Assembly (NCBI GenBank): GCA_965263295.1
Contig: OZ253665.1
Location: 2,272,001 to 2,336,000, forward strand
Reading direction: 5' to 3'
Source: Spirochaetia bacterium
GTDB taxonomy: Bacteria > Spirochaetota > Spirochaetia > SP-2023
DNA: 64,000 bases
The notes under the pieces are model-generated. The model was not told the origin of the DNA. It saw only the letters and a list, made by a program, of their open reading frames with translations, and searched no databases. Shown here in pieces: positions 49,625 to 58,838 of this stretch (its first letter is position 1; the number at the start of each line of letters is the position of its first letter). The position numbers were made by a program, and so were the translations under genes.

Positions 49625-51124
49625 TCATGCAGAATTCACCGCATATCTCATAATTTTTTCTTGTGAGAAATCTTGGCGATGCAGTTCCCCTGTTATCTTG
49701 CCGCCAGCCATTACATAGATGCGATCCGACATGCCTATTAATTCAGGCAATTCAGAAGAAATGAAAATAATTGTCTTACCCAGCTTGACGAAATCCATCA
49801 TCAGTCTATAAATCTCATATTTGGCCCCAATATCGATGCCCCTGGTTGGTTCGTCCATAATCAGGATATCGGGGTCATGTAACATCCACTTGGCTAAAAT
49901 GACCTTCTGCTGATTTCCGCCACTCAACTTATTAATGGTTTTTTCATAGTCTCCGGTATCCAAAGACATTTGCCGGCATATCTTTTTTACGCAGGCAAGC
50001 TCTTTTTGCTTATGAAAGTGCCCGCCATAAAAGAAATCCTTCAAAGATGCCAGGGTCACATTCTCGCGAATACTGCGCTCAGGAATAATGCCATAGCGCC
50101 GGCGATCTTCCGTCAACATGGCCATTCCATTGGCAATACTTTTAGCCAGGTTGATATCACGAACTTCTTCGCCATCTTTTACAATCTGGCCCGAAGCATA
50201 TTTGTCTAAGCCAACGATGGCACGCATTACCTCGGTGCGGCCGGCGCCCATTAATCCCGCAAACCCGACAATCTCGCTATGTTTGGTATAAAAACTGATA
50301 TTTTTAAAAATTTTATTATTAGATAAATCCTTGATCTCTAAAGATACCTGATTATTTTCAGGCAATATTTCCTTTGGAAATCCTGCTGATAGTTCGCGCC
50401 CTACCATCATCGCAATGACTTCCTGGATTGTAAAGTCCTCTTTTTTCCTCGTTTCAATAATCTTTCCATCGCGCAAGATACTGATATCGTCGGCAATCCG
50501 AAAAATTTCATCCATTTTATGCGAAATATAGATGATCCCGACTCCCTGCTCCCTAAGTTTGTGGATTTTTTGCAGCAACATTTCTACTTCATCATTTGTG
50601 ATGGCTGAAGTTGGCTCATCCATAATAATGATATCCGCGTTGCAAGAAACGGCTTTTAATATCTCCAAAATCTGGATATCCGCTATCGAGAGCGTTTTCA
50701 TCTTCATTTTGGGCAAATATTGCAATCCCTCTGTCCGCAGCAGCTCAGTCGTTGCCTTCCGTATTTCGCTCCACTTGACCTTGCCTAATTTATTCGTAAT
50801 CCATTCGCCTAAAAACAAATATTCCTCTATGGTCATTTCGGGAATATAATTTAATTCCTGGGAAATCATAACGATACCGGCTTTTTGCGCATCCAATGGA
50901 CTTCTGGGGGACAAGGGCTGGCCTCGCAGTAAGATCTCACCGCCGTCTGGCTGATAAATACCATGGATAATCTTCATAAGTGTCGATTTTCCGGCGCCAT
51001 TCTCGCCGCACAACACATGTACAGAACCACGCCGGACCGCAAAGCTAACCCGATCCAGGGCCTGGACGCCGGCAAACACCTTGCTTATGTTTGCAATCTG
51101 TAAAATTGGCTCAGACTGCGACAT
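49625..51124 (-). CDS. Monosaccharide ABC transporter ATP-binding protein (RbsA family)
   Basis: GENGAGKSTLMK, MDEPT, YISHKM, GLMGAGRTE, LSGGNQQK, DEPTRGIDIGAK. Confidence 0.93.
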   Translation of the reverse strand: MSQSEPILQIANISKVFAGVQALDRVSFAVRRGSVHVLCGENGAGKSTLMKIIHGIYQPDGGEILLRGQPLSPRSPLDAQKAGIVMISQELNYIPEMTIEEYLFLGEWITNKLGKVKWSEIRKATTELLRTEGLQYLPKMKMKTLSIADIQILEILKAVSCNADIIIMDEPTSAITNDEVEMLLQKIHKLREQGVGIIYISHKMDEIFRIADDISILRDGKIIETRKKEDFTIQEVIAMMVGRELSAGFPKEILPENNQVSLEIKDLSNNKIFKNISFYTKHSEIVGFAGLMGAGRTEVMRAIVGLDKYASGQIVKDGEEVRDINLAKSIANGMAMLTEDRRRYGIIPERSIRENVTLASLKDFFYGGHFHKQKELACVKKICRQMSLDTGDYEKTINKLSGGNQQKVILAKWMLHDPDILIMDEPTRGIDIGAKYEIYRLMMDFVKLGKTIIFISSELPELIGMSDRIYVMAGGKITGELHRQDFSQEKIMRYAVNSA

Positions 51125-51235
51125 CAACTTTTTGTCGCAATTACCTTCTCGGTCTTTAAAATGCTTTGCAGCCACCAGAAATATACCGCACTGAAAAAGA
51201 AATTGTAGGAAGAGAAATTGTCGTTAGGAGATAAA

Positions 51236-52201
51236 TTATAAATTCCCCGCTCTCTCGTGTATTTCGATGCAGGAATCCACGTTGTTTTTATCAATGACTG
51301 GATTGCCAATATTAATGTCGATCTGGCTCTCTTCGCCCGTCAACAATTTGTGTGTCACAGATAATAGATTTTCAGCCAATTCATAGGCATTTTGAAAAGT
51401 TGTCGACGTCATTCTGCCCTCTTTGATCAATAAAGCGGCCTCGGCCGTGCCGTCAACTCCATACACCAAAACATTGGCAAATTCCGGCTTCCCTTTAATC
51501 ACTTCCAGGGCACCACTCGCCATATTGTCGTTCATGGAAATAATGGCGGCAATGTCATCATGTGCCTGAATCCAGTCTTCCATGTAGTTCATGGCCTCAT
51601 CTTTATTCCAATTGGCAATCTGCTCCGCGACAATCGTCACATCCGGGCGCTGATCAAAAAACTCCTTTTGCCAGCTGAGTCGCCTCTGGTCGGCGTGAAA
51701 GTTTCCCGAAGGACCGTTCAGAACGACGACATTGGCCCCCTGCGGAATCTGCTGTATGCCCAATCGGGCTTGCAATGCTGCCTGCTCATAAGGATCGGCA
51801 TCGACCGACGAAGCCCCGACAATTCCATCAATCCGAGCATTGGTCGTGATACAGGCAATGCCGGCTTGAACGACTTTTTCTGCATATGGCCTCTGCGATT
51901 CTCCATTGTTGGGCTGGATGATAATCGCATCGAATTGGTTGACGATTGCATTTTCAATCAAAGAATTCTGCTTGTCATCTGAAGCTTGACCATCAAAGAT
52001 AACCATTTCTATATCATCATAATTTTCGGCTTCCTTCTCGACAGAATTCGCCAACCAGGCTGCAAATGAATCGGCTTGAGCTCGCGCAATATAAGCGACG
52101 CGAAACTCTTTCTGATTAGCATTGCACCCAATTATCAGAAATATTTGCATAATCACACAAATATTTCTGACAACATTTAACTTTAAGCGTAAAAATTCCA
52201 T
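51236..52201 (-). CDS. Sugar ABC transporter substrate-binding protein (RbsB-like, probable lipoprotein)
   Basis: Signal ending IIG-C; ND.MA.GA and GVDG motifs. Confidence 0.88.
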   Translation of the reverse strand: MEFLRLKLNVVRNICVIMQIFLIIGCNANQKEFRVAYIARAQADSFAAWLANSVEKEAENYDDIEMVIFDGQASDDKQNSLIENAIVNQFDAIIIQPNNGESQRPYAEKVVQAGIACITTNARIDGIVGASSVDADPYEQAALQARLGIQQIPQGANVVVLNGPSGNFHADQRRLSWQKEFFDQRPDVTIVAEQIANWNKDEAMNYMEDWIQAHDDIAAIISMNDNMASGALEVIKGKPEFANVLVYGVDGTAEAALLIKEGRMTSTTFQNAYELAENLLSVTHKLLTGEESQIDINIGNPVIDKNNVDSCIEIHERAGNL

Positions 52202-52411
52202 AAAAATTCCCCTTTATATACCTGATGGATAATATGTATAAAAAAGCTGTTAATGATTAAATATATTTTTGCCAATAACAAAATAGATAAAATACGAATG
52301 ACACACGGATAAAATATGAGCTGCAATCATAACAGAAAAAATCTTATTTTACCATCCCAATAATTCCCGTTTTAGTTCTTTTGCCCTCAGGCGATACAAA
52401 AAACCTGATTT

Positions 52412-53446
52412 TCAACTGCATTCTATCGCAATCTTTACTTCAGAAGGCGGCAAAGTAGCTGCATATGCGAATGCGGCACAGCCATCTTTGAAGCTATACG
52501 TTTTTGTTATCAACGGCTCTACATCCAGCATGCCGGACGCAATCAAAGCGATAACTTTGGGAAAAACGTTGGCGTATCTGAATATCGTGTCAATGTGAAT
52601 CTCTTTGACCTGCAGGCCCACGATATCTAAGGTAACAGGAGCAGACGGCATGCCGATGAGCAGCAACTTGCCCCTGGGGCGCAGCAAATCACTGACATGC
52701 TCAAATGCGTGGCGATTGCCACTGGCTTCAAATACCACGTCAAAGTCTTTTATACCGGCAGAAGCCGTCGCTTCAAGGATATTTTGTGCCGATAAATCCA
52801 TGGGAATTATGTGGTTGTAAACTCTTTTAACGAAGCGGAGCTTCTCGCGTTTGACATCAGCAATAAAAACTTTAGATGCTCCAGCTGCTTTAGCTGCAAG
52901 TGCTGTGACAATTCCAATTGTGCCCGCTCCAACGACTAAGACGCGACTTCCACAAGACAGAGCGGACCTTTGCACCGCATATAAGCCAATTGCCAGAGGT
53001 TCGACTAGAGCACCTTGCGCATTGGAAACCTGATCGGGAAGCTTAAATGTCAGAGCTGCGGGATGTACCACCGATTCCCTGAGGCAACCATGCACCGGCG
53101 GCGTAGCCCAGAATCGTAGCGTCGGATCGAGATTGTACATGCCCGAAAGAGTCTCAAAACTAGCAAAGTCGGGGACTCCGGGCTCCATGCATACTCTGTC
53201 CCCCACGGCTAGACCTTTGACATCCGAACCAATTTCAAGCACGATGCCACTTGCCTCATGACCTAAGACCATAGGCTGATCAACGACAAAATCGCCGATC
53301 CGGCCTTCGTTGTAATAGTGAACATCGCTACCGCAGATCCCGACGACCTGAGGCCTGATCCTGACACTGTCCGGGCTAAGGGTCTCGCATATATCAATTT
53401 CCCTGAGATTGACACAACCCTTCTTTTCTAGCACGATAGCCTTCAT
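52412..53446 (-). CDS. Zn-dependent polyol dehydrogenase (xylitol/sorbitol dehydrogenase-like)
   Basis: [47 protein letters not shown]. Confidence 0.9.
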   Translation of the reverse strand: MKAIVLEKKGCVNLREIDICETLSPDSVRIRPQVVGICGSDVHYYNEGRIGDFVVDQPMVLGHEASGIVLEIGSDVKGLAVGDRVCMEPGVPDFASFETLSGMYNLDPTLRFWATPPVHGCLRESVVHPAALTFKLPDQVSNAQGALVEPLAIGLYAVQRSALSCGSRVLVVGAGTIGIVTALAAKAAGASKVFIADVKREKLRFVKRVYNHIIPMDLSAQNILEATASAGIKDFDVVFEASGNRHAFEHVSDLLRPRGKLLLIGMPSAPVTLDIVGLQVKEIHIDTIFRYANVFPKVIALIASGMLDVEPLITKTYSFKDGCAAFAYAATLPPSEVKIAIECS

Positions 53447-53513
53447 ATTTTCTCCTGTTTTTATCCGGCAAAGCTGTGACCTAGAATGCTGCACAAACTT
53501 GAACTGCCTCCCA

Positions 53514-53567
53514 ATCTTAACACGGGAGCATGCTTAAAATCAAAAAAAATGTTTAAAATCAAAAAAA
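53514..53567 (-). promoter_or_regulatory. Putative promoter and direct-repeat operator of the polyol operon
   Basis: Minus strand TTGATT-18nt-TAAGAT with TG extension; TTAAAATCAAAAAAA repeated at 53534 and 53553. Confidence 0.5.
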
Positions 53568-53709
53568 TTCTATTATGGCTTTGATCTAGGCAGAATTATG
53601 TTGAATGCCCATCATGAATATGATGAATATGATTGGGTGGCTTGCCTGTCGCCGGCAAAACATGGCGGCCTTATTTGACTTGCTCTTTGGCTTTGGTTAA
53701 GCTGCCTTC

Positions 53710-54777
53710 ATGCTAAAAATTGCCTTTGTCGGTTGTGGCCGCATCTCCAGCAAGCACTTTGACGCCCTGGACAAACTGCGGCAAGAAATTGAGGTCCAGG
53801 CCCTCTGTGACATTGATATTGAACGCGCCCGCGGCGCGCGCAGCGCGCGCGAATGCTGTCGCTCCGCCAAGATATACAACGATATCGAATCCATGCTGGC
53901 CGCCGAGAATGGCCTGGATGCCGCCGTCATAGCGCTGCCCAACGGCTTGCATGCCGCAGCTGGAGCGCTGTGCGCCCATGCCGGCCTGCACGTCATCGTG
54001 GAAAAACCGCTGGCCGTGCGCCTGGCCGACGGCGAAAAACTGCTGGCCGCCTGTCGCCAAAATCAAGTGCAGCTTTTCCTGATCCACCAAAACCGCTTCA
54101 ACCCGCCCGTGCAGCAGCTCTACTGCGCCATCGGCAGCGGGTATCTGGGCCGCATTTACAGCCTGCATGCCAACGTATTTTGGACCCGCCCCCAGAGCTA
54201 CTACGACAGCGAGGGGAGCTGGCACGGCAGCAAGGAGCTGGACGGCGGAGCCTTTTACACCCAGGCCAGCCATTATGTCGACATGGTGCAATGGCTGGCG
54301 GGAGGCCGGCCCGATCGCATCTGGAGCCAGTTGCGCACGATGGCCCGCGACATTGAAACCGAAGACTGCGGAATGGCCTTTATGGAATGGGGCACGGCTG
54401 GCAGTCCCCAAAATATCATCGCCAGCATCAATATGAGCATCTTGACCTACCCCAGGAACCTGGAAGGCTCGGTTTTAGTGCTGGGCGAAAAAGGCAGTGT
54501 CAAAATTGGCGGCACCGCCATGAATAAAGTCGAGAACTGGCAGGTGGCGGGCATGGATGCCGCGCGGCTCGAATTCGGCAGCTACGACACCGATTCCGTC
54601 TACGGCTTCGGCCATCAAAACCTTTACGCCGCCATCGCCGCCCGGCTGCGCGGCGAGAGTCAGGACGCCGGCACTGAAGCAGCTCTGGTCAATGGCCCCG
54701 ATATTCTGGACAACCTGGCCATAATTGAAGGCATTCAGCGCTCCGCTCAAGGGGGCGGCCGCATCATTAATCTGTAA
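53710..54777 (+). CDS. Gfo/Idh/MocA oxidoreductase, WlbA/WbpB/GnnA-like (UDP-sugar 3-dehydrogenase)
   Basis: VGCGRIS..H, P.GLH, EKP, QNRFNP, WTRPQ.YY, DGGAF..QASHYVD, YP.NLEGS, SVYGFGH. Confidence 0.85.
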   Translation: MLKIAFVGCGRISSKHFDALDKLRQEIEVQALCDIDIERARGARSARECCRSAKIYNDIESMLAAENGLDAAVIALPNGLHAAAGALCAHAGLHVIVEKPLAVRLADGEKLLAACRQNQVQLFLIHQNRFNPPVQQLYCAIGSGYLGRIYSLHANVFWTRPQSYYDSEGSWHGSKELDGGAFYTQASHYVDMVQWLAGGRPDRIWSQLRTMARDIETEDCGMAFMEWGTAGSPQNIIASINMSILTYPRNLEGSVLVLGEKGSVKIGGTAMNKVENWQVAGMDAARLEFGSYDTDSVYGFGHQNLYAAIAARLRGESQDAGTEAALVNGPDILDNLAIIEGIQRSAQGGGRIINL

Positions 54778-54802
54778 AGGGCCAGGATTTTCCGGAAGAC
54801 AA

Positions 54803-55855
54803 ATGTCAATGACTGCCCCTAAAGTCCGCATTGTAATGCCCGTATACAACAGCGCCGCTTATGTAGCCGCCGGCATAGAATCCGTGCTCAAACAGGACGA
54901 GCCCCACTGGGAACTACAAATTGTGGATGACGGCAGCCAGGATGCCTCCGCGGACATTTGCCGCCGCTACGCGCAAAAAGATTCACGCATCCACTTCACG
55001 CAGCAGCAAAACGCTGGCCAGTACGGCATTGTCAACCGCTATACAGCTGCGGAAACGGCCGAGTACAGCGCTGTGCTAGACAGCGATGATCAGCTCGCGC
55101 CGGATTACCTGAGCTCCATGTGCCAGTTCGCCCAAAAGCACGACTGCGATATCGTTCTGACGACACAGCAGGTCCTGAAAAGTCGAAAGTACTTTCATAA
55201 ACACAAGCGGCAGCTGTACGAGGATTCTCTGACCCTAAAATATCTCCACGGAGTTTTTTCCATGCCCGACTGCGGCATCTTCGTGCGCAGTGCGCTGCGT
55301 TGCCAGATTGCGCCCAGACTGCCACAATTACCTCTGTATGCCGCCACAGATGACTTGCAGGGCTTTTTCCTCACAGAGGGAGCGCAGCGAATTGGGCACA
55401 TGGGCGCGGCCAAGTACTGGCGCAACTTTTCCAGCGCCGGCACCTGGCGCAACCACAACCCGGAGTTCCTTCTGCGCAAAGTATATTCCATACTGTTCAG
55501 CCTTAGCTATATTCAGTGTCAAATCGCGCAGTGGCCCAAGGAAAAACAGCAGCAGATCACGACCAATTATTTGTTGCGCTGGTTGCGTTTCAGTTTGTTA
55601 CGTTGCTTCAGCGGCCTGGGCCCCGCGGAGCAATATGAACTGCTGCGCAACGCCGTCGCCCAGATCCATGACTTACAGCGCGAAGTATTTATCAGCCCGC
55701 CAGAACAAGTAGCCCTATTGAGCGAAATGCCCGCCGCAGGGCTCAAAGGCAGTCTGGCGCGGCGTTTGCGCCGCTCCCTACGCGACCTTTTACCCTACGG
55801 CTATGTGCAAAGCAAGAAGGGCGCCGCCCCTCGGCGGGAACGCAGCTTCCCATAA
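54803..55855 (+). CDS. Glycosyltransferase family 2
   Basis: IVMPVYN, VDDGSQD, LDSDD; paralogous to 6920-8446. Confidence 0.88.
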   Translation: MSMTAPKVRIVMPVYNSAAYVAAGIESVLKQDEPHWELQIVDDGSQDASADICRRYAQKDSRIHFTQQQNAGQYGIVNRYTAAETAEYSAVLDSDDQLAPDYLSSMCQFAQKHDCDIVLTTQQVLKSRKYFHKHKRQLYEDSLTLKYLHGVFSMPDCGIFVRSALRCQIAPRLPQLPLYAATDDLQGFFLTEGAQRIGHMGAAKYWRNFSSAGTWRNHNPEFLLRKVYSILFSLSYIQCQIAQWPKEKQQQITTNYLLRWLRFSLLRCFSGLGPAEQYELLRNAVAQIHDLQREVFISPPEQVALLSEMPAAGLKGSLARRLRRSLRDLLPYGYVQSKKGAAPRRERSFP

Positions 55856-55903
55856 GTCTTTCCATAGGGGCCATAGGGGGGGGCATAGGGAGGCCAATAG
55901 GGG
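55851..55903. repeat. Degenerate ~10-bp CCATAGGGG tandem repeat after the GT2 stop
   Basis: CATAAG, CCATAGGGG, CCATAGGGG, GCATAGGGA, CAATAGGGG. Confidence 0.7.
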
Positions 55904-56072
55904 TCTGGGACGGCATTGCAACAAATTTAGCAGATCGGGAGACTAAGACCTAGCGGCCCTGAATTATAACCTGGAATTATAAAAGCTATAAAAAAAGCTA
56001 GCCCCAAACCAATTGGCCTTTGGCCCACCGTCAATTAGCCAAGTATATCCCTTTTGTTTACTGGAGAACGCG

Positions 56073-57374
56073 ATGTTGCTGACTTTGTCTCTCCTGCTAC
56101 TGCTGGCAGCCGCATTTTATGAGTTAAATCTGCAGATTCTGAACCTACATGCCCTGGAGAAATGGTTTCGTGGTACCCCGGCGTCTAGCGACACACAACA
56201 ACGTTACAGCTACCAAAAGGCCTTGCAACTGCAGGCTATGTGCCGTTCGTCCCTGGGCTCCGCGCTACTCCTGATTTTCTTAGCCGTGCGCCTGGGCCCC
56301 TGGCTATACCTGCAACTGGAAAACCATATCGGCGCCTACCCCCTGTTGCGCGACATCGCCTTTGTCGTGGTGCTGCAGCTGACACAGTTTGCCTTTAGAC
56401 TGCCCTGGAACCTTTATCGTCGCTTTATTATCGAAGAGCGCTTCGGTTTTAACTGCATGAAGCCCAAAGACTACGCCAAGGATCTGCTAAAAGCGGCCAT
56501 ACTGAGTCTGCTGCTCGGCCTGCCCGTATTGCTCGGCCTGTTCTTCTTGATGCAAAACCTGCGCTGGTGGTGGCTCTGGGGCTTTCTCGGCCTGACGGCT
56601 TGCCAGGTCCTACTGCTTTGGCTCTATCCCATCTTCATTGCCCCGCTATTTAACCGCTTTCGCCCCCTGACGGAAGCCGGCGCAGAAGGTCGAGTAAAAC
56701 GACAACTGGAGCAACTCTTGCAACAATGCCATTTTGCGGCAAAGGGGCTATTTGTCATGGATGGCAGCAAGCGTTCGCGCCACAGCAATGCCTATTTCAC
56801 CGGCTTTGGGCGCAACCGCCGCATCGTCCTGTTTGACACCTTGCTCGACGAACTAAACCCAGAGCAACTGGCCGCCGTACTGGCCCACGAGATCGGCCAT
56901 TGCCAGAAAAAGCACATTCCCAAAATGTTGTTGCAAAGCCTATTGGGCCTCTTTCTGGGCTTTATCGGCCTCTATTTTCTCGCGCAATGGAGCGAGCTGT
57001 TTCGCAGCTTTGGCTTTAGCTTCAATCCAGGTCTCAATCCGGGCACGGGCCCCAGCCCCGCCGTGCTGCTCTTCGTCGGTCTGATCCTGGCCTCACCCCT
57101 GAACCTGGCGTGGCAACGTTTGAGCAGCCATTTCTCACGCAAGCACGAATTTGAGGCCGATGCCTATGCGGTCGCCGCCATGAAAGGGTCACAGGCTCTG
57201 GCCGGAGCGCTGCAAACCCTGCACCGCGAAAACCTGAGCAACCCGGCCCCCCATCCCGCCTATGCGGCTCTTTACTACAGTCACCCGGCTCTTCCCGAAC
57301 GCCTGCGGGCGCTCAGTACCTCCCAGAAGAATCCCACTGTGAATCCCTGGCCCAGTAACCACGAAAAACACTAA
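56073..57374 (+). CDS. M48 family zinc metallopeptidase (Ste24-like)
   Basis: IEERFGFN, MDGSKRS.HSNAYFTG.G, AHEIGH, E.EAD.YA, SHP...ERL. Confidence 0.93.
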   Translation: MLLTLSLLLLLAAAFYELNLQILNLHALEKWFRGTPASSDTQQRYSYQKALQLQAMCRSSLGSALLLIFLAVRLGPWLYLQLENHIGAYPLLRDIAFVVVLQLTQFAFRLPWNLYRRFIIEERFGFNCMKPKDYAKDLLKAAILSLLLGLPVLLGLFFLMQNLRWWWLWGFLGLTACQVLLLWLYPIFIAPLFNRFRPLTEAGAEGRVKRQLEQLLQQCHFAAKGLFVMDGSKRSRHSNAYFTGFGRNRRIVLFDTLLDELNPEQLAAVLAHEIGHCQKKHIPKMLLQSLLGLFLGFIGLYFLAQWSELFRSFGFSFNPGLNPGTGPSPAVLLFVGLILASPLNLAWQRLSSHFSRKHEFEADAYAVAAMKGSQALAGALQTLHRENLSNPAPHPAYAALYYSHPALPERLRALSTSQKNPTVNPWPSNHEKH

Positions 57375-57405
57375 AAAAATACAAAACAACACGAAAATTC
57401 TAAAA
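57347..57405 (+). repeat. Dispersed element X, copy 2 (supplies the M48 gene's last codons and stop)
   Basis: CTGGCCCAGTAACCACGAAAAACACTAAAAAAATACAAAACAACACGAAAATTCTAAAA; inverted relative to 27872-27930. Confidence 0.88.
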
Positions 57406-57450
57406 ATTCTAAAATGCCCATCGGCCTGAAAACCTCCCGCTTGAAGACGC

Positions 57451-57477
57451 AAAAAGGCTCCCCCGAAGGGGAGCCTT
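57451..57477 (-). terminator. Rho-independent terminator of the minus-strand lipoprotein gene
   Basis: AAGGCTCCCC-TTCG-GGGGAGCCTT ending in a T run on the minus strand. Confidence 0.85.
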
Positions 57478-57506
57478 AGTTAAAGCCGTAATGGGATTAG
57501 AAACAG

Positions 57507-58253
57507 CTAAGCTTCAACTTCGTCATAATTTACGTTAATTATAACACTTTCGACCGTTATAGCCGCAGTCTTTTCCCCTGTCTTCGGCTTATCAATTTCA
57601 ACATCTGCAGCCTTAAGCCCAGAGATATAATTAAGTTTATTCAAAGCTTCGGCTATCTTATCTTTAACCAGTTCTTCATCATCTGAAGCCTTGCCTTGGA
57701 TATTGAGGCCCAGAACTTTGGCCTTCTCTGCATTCTCTTTAGCCGCAATCTCCACAATAGCCCAAAGTTTACGTGTGTAGACCATTGGATCAGTTTCTTG
57801 ATTATACGTGATTTCCAGTTTAATGGTTTTTTCTCGCGCCCAGTCATAACTGGTCAGGGTCCTCATGTTGCGGGCGGAAATTGTGATTGTTCCTTCTTTG
57901 GGTTTAGGCTCCTCACCATTATAAACTAAATCTAAAATATGCGGCTTAAATTTTTCTGTAAAAGTGGCCTGGTCGTCTTTTGATAATTTACCATCTTGAA
58001 CTGCCTGTTCTGCCTTATACTTGGCTTTTGCTTCAACTTTTTCTAAAACCTTCTTTTTAAAATCGTCATCGGCCGTAGTAACTTGATCGCCAAGACCAAT
58101 CAGTAAAGAATTTGGGAAACCGTTCATGAACTCCGACAAGTGAGTCGGCTTAGGATCGTCAAAATTTTCGACCTGGCAAGAGAATATTAACCCGGCCACT
58201 AGAATTGATATATATATATATATATCGGTATTTAGAAAAAAATTTTTCTTCAT
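57507..58253 (-). CDS. Hypothetical lipoprotein, low GC, Lys/Glu-rich
   Basis: GAGG upstream of ATG 58253; MKKNFF...LVAGLIFS-C signal; no recognised family. Confidence 0.8.
   Translation of the reverse strand: MKKNFFLNTDIYIYISILVAGLIFSCQVENFDDPKPTHLSEFMNGFPNSLLIGLGDQVTTADDDFKKKVLEKVEAKAKYKAEQAVQDGKLSKDDQATFTEKFKPHILDLVYNGEEPKPKEGTITISARNMRTLTSYDWAREKTIKLEITYNQETDPMVYTRKLWAIVEIAAKENAEKAKVLGLNIQGKASDDEELVKDKIAEALNKLNYISGLKAADVEIDKPKTGEKTAAITVESVIINVNYDEVEA
58208..58225. repeat. (AT)9 microsatellite within the lipoprotein signal-peptide codons
   Basis: ATATATATATATATATAT, encoding IYIYI. Confidence 0.92.
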
Positions 58254-58556
58254 TGTGAAATTCCTCAAAATTAAATGCAAAATATAGACGACATAAACCC
58301 TAAACAAACAACTCAGAAATTATTCCCAGAGTTATTTCTAAAAATTGCCGCTGTGGCAAACGGGTGCAAAAAACGTATTTTAAACCAATACTCATCTCTT
58401 TTTTATCATCAAGACATATCCGTACACGAAACTTCATGATAAATCCACTATATGTCATACATTGATTAAAAGTAATAATTTTGCTAAAAAATCTGAAAAA
58501 TTTGTTTAAGCCCGTTTGCGCAAAAATAATTCAAAGTTGCGGCGGCCTTGTGTGGA

Positions 58557-58622
58557 GCCTCCCGCAGCTCCCCCGTCTAGATTTCGTGACATTTCGCAGT
58601 CTTCGTGCCTTTCGTGGTTCCC
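58557..58622 (-). repeat. Dispersed element Y, copy C
   Basis: Reverse complement GGGAACCACGAAAGGCACGAAGACTGCGAAATGTCACGAAATCTAGACGGGGGAGCTGCGGGAGGC. Confidence 0.85.
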
Positions 58623-58838
58623 TTGCCGACATCAACCATCCTCTGGCGCCGGCAAAATAATTTGCGACAAAGTCAGGATCTTCCAACTCCTCCAGCCACT
58701 TATATATCAAAAAATATCTATAATAATTAAAGTATTTTGAAAATATGGTTGAAATTTTGTAAAAACTAAATTATAAATATTTTAAGAAGCTTCTAGAGAT
58801 TATCTCTAAATTGTACAATTTTAAATAAGGAGTTCATT

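Noticed and set aside
58630..58838. Glycine riboswitch upstream of the AGCS symporter
   Set aside because: The region is AT-rich and lacks the GGAGA...CCGAAG...CTCAGG aptamer motifs.
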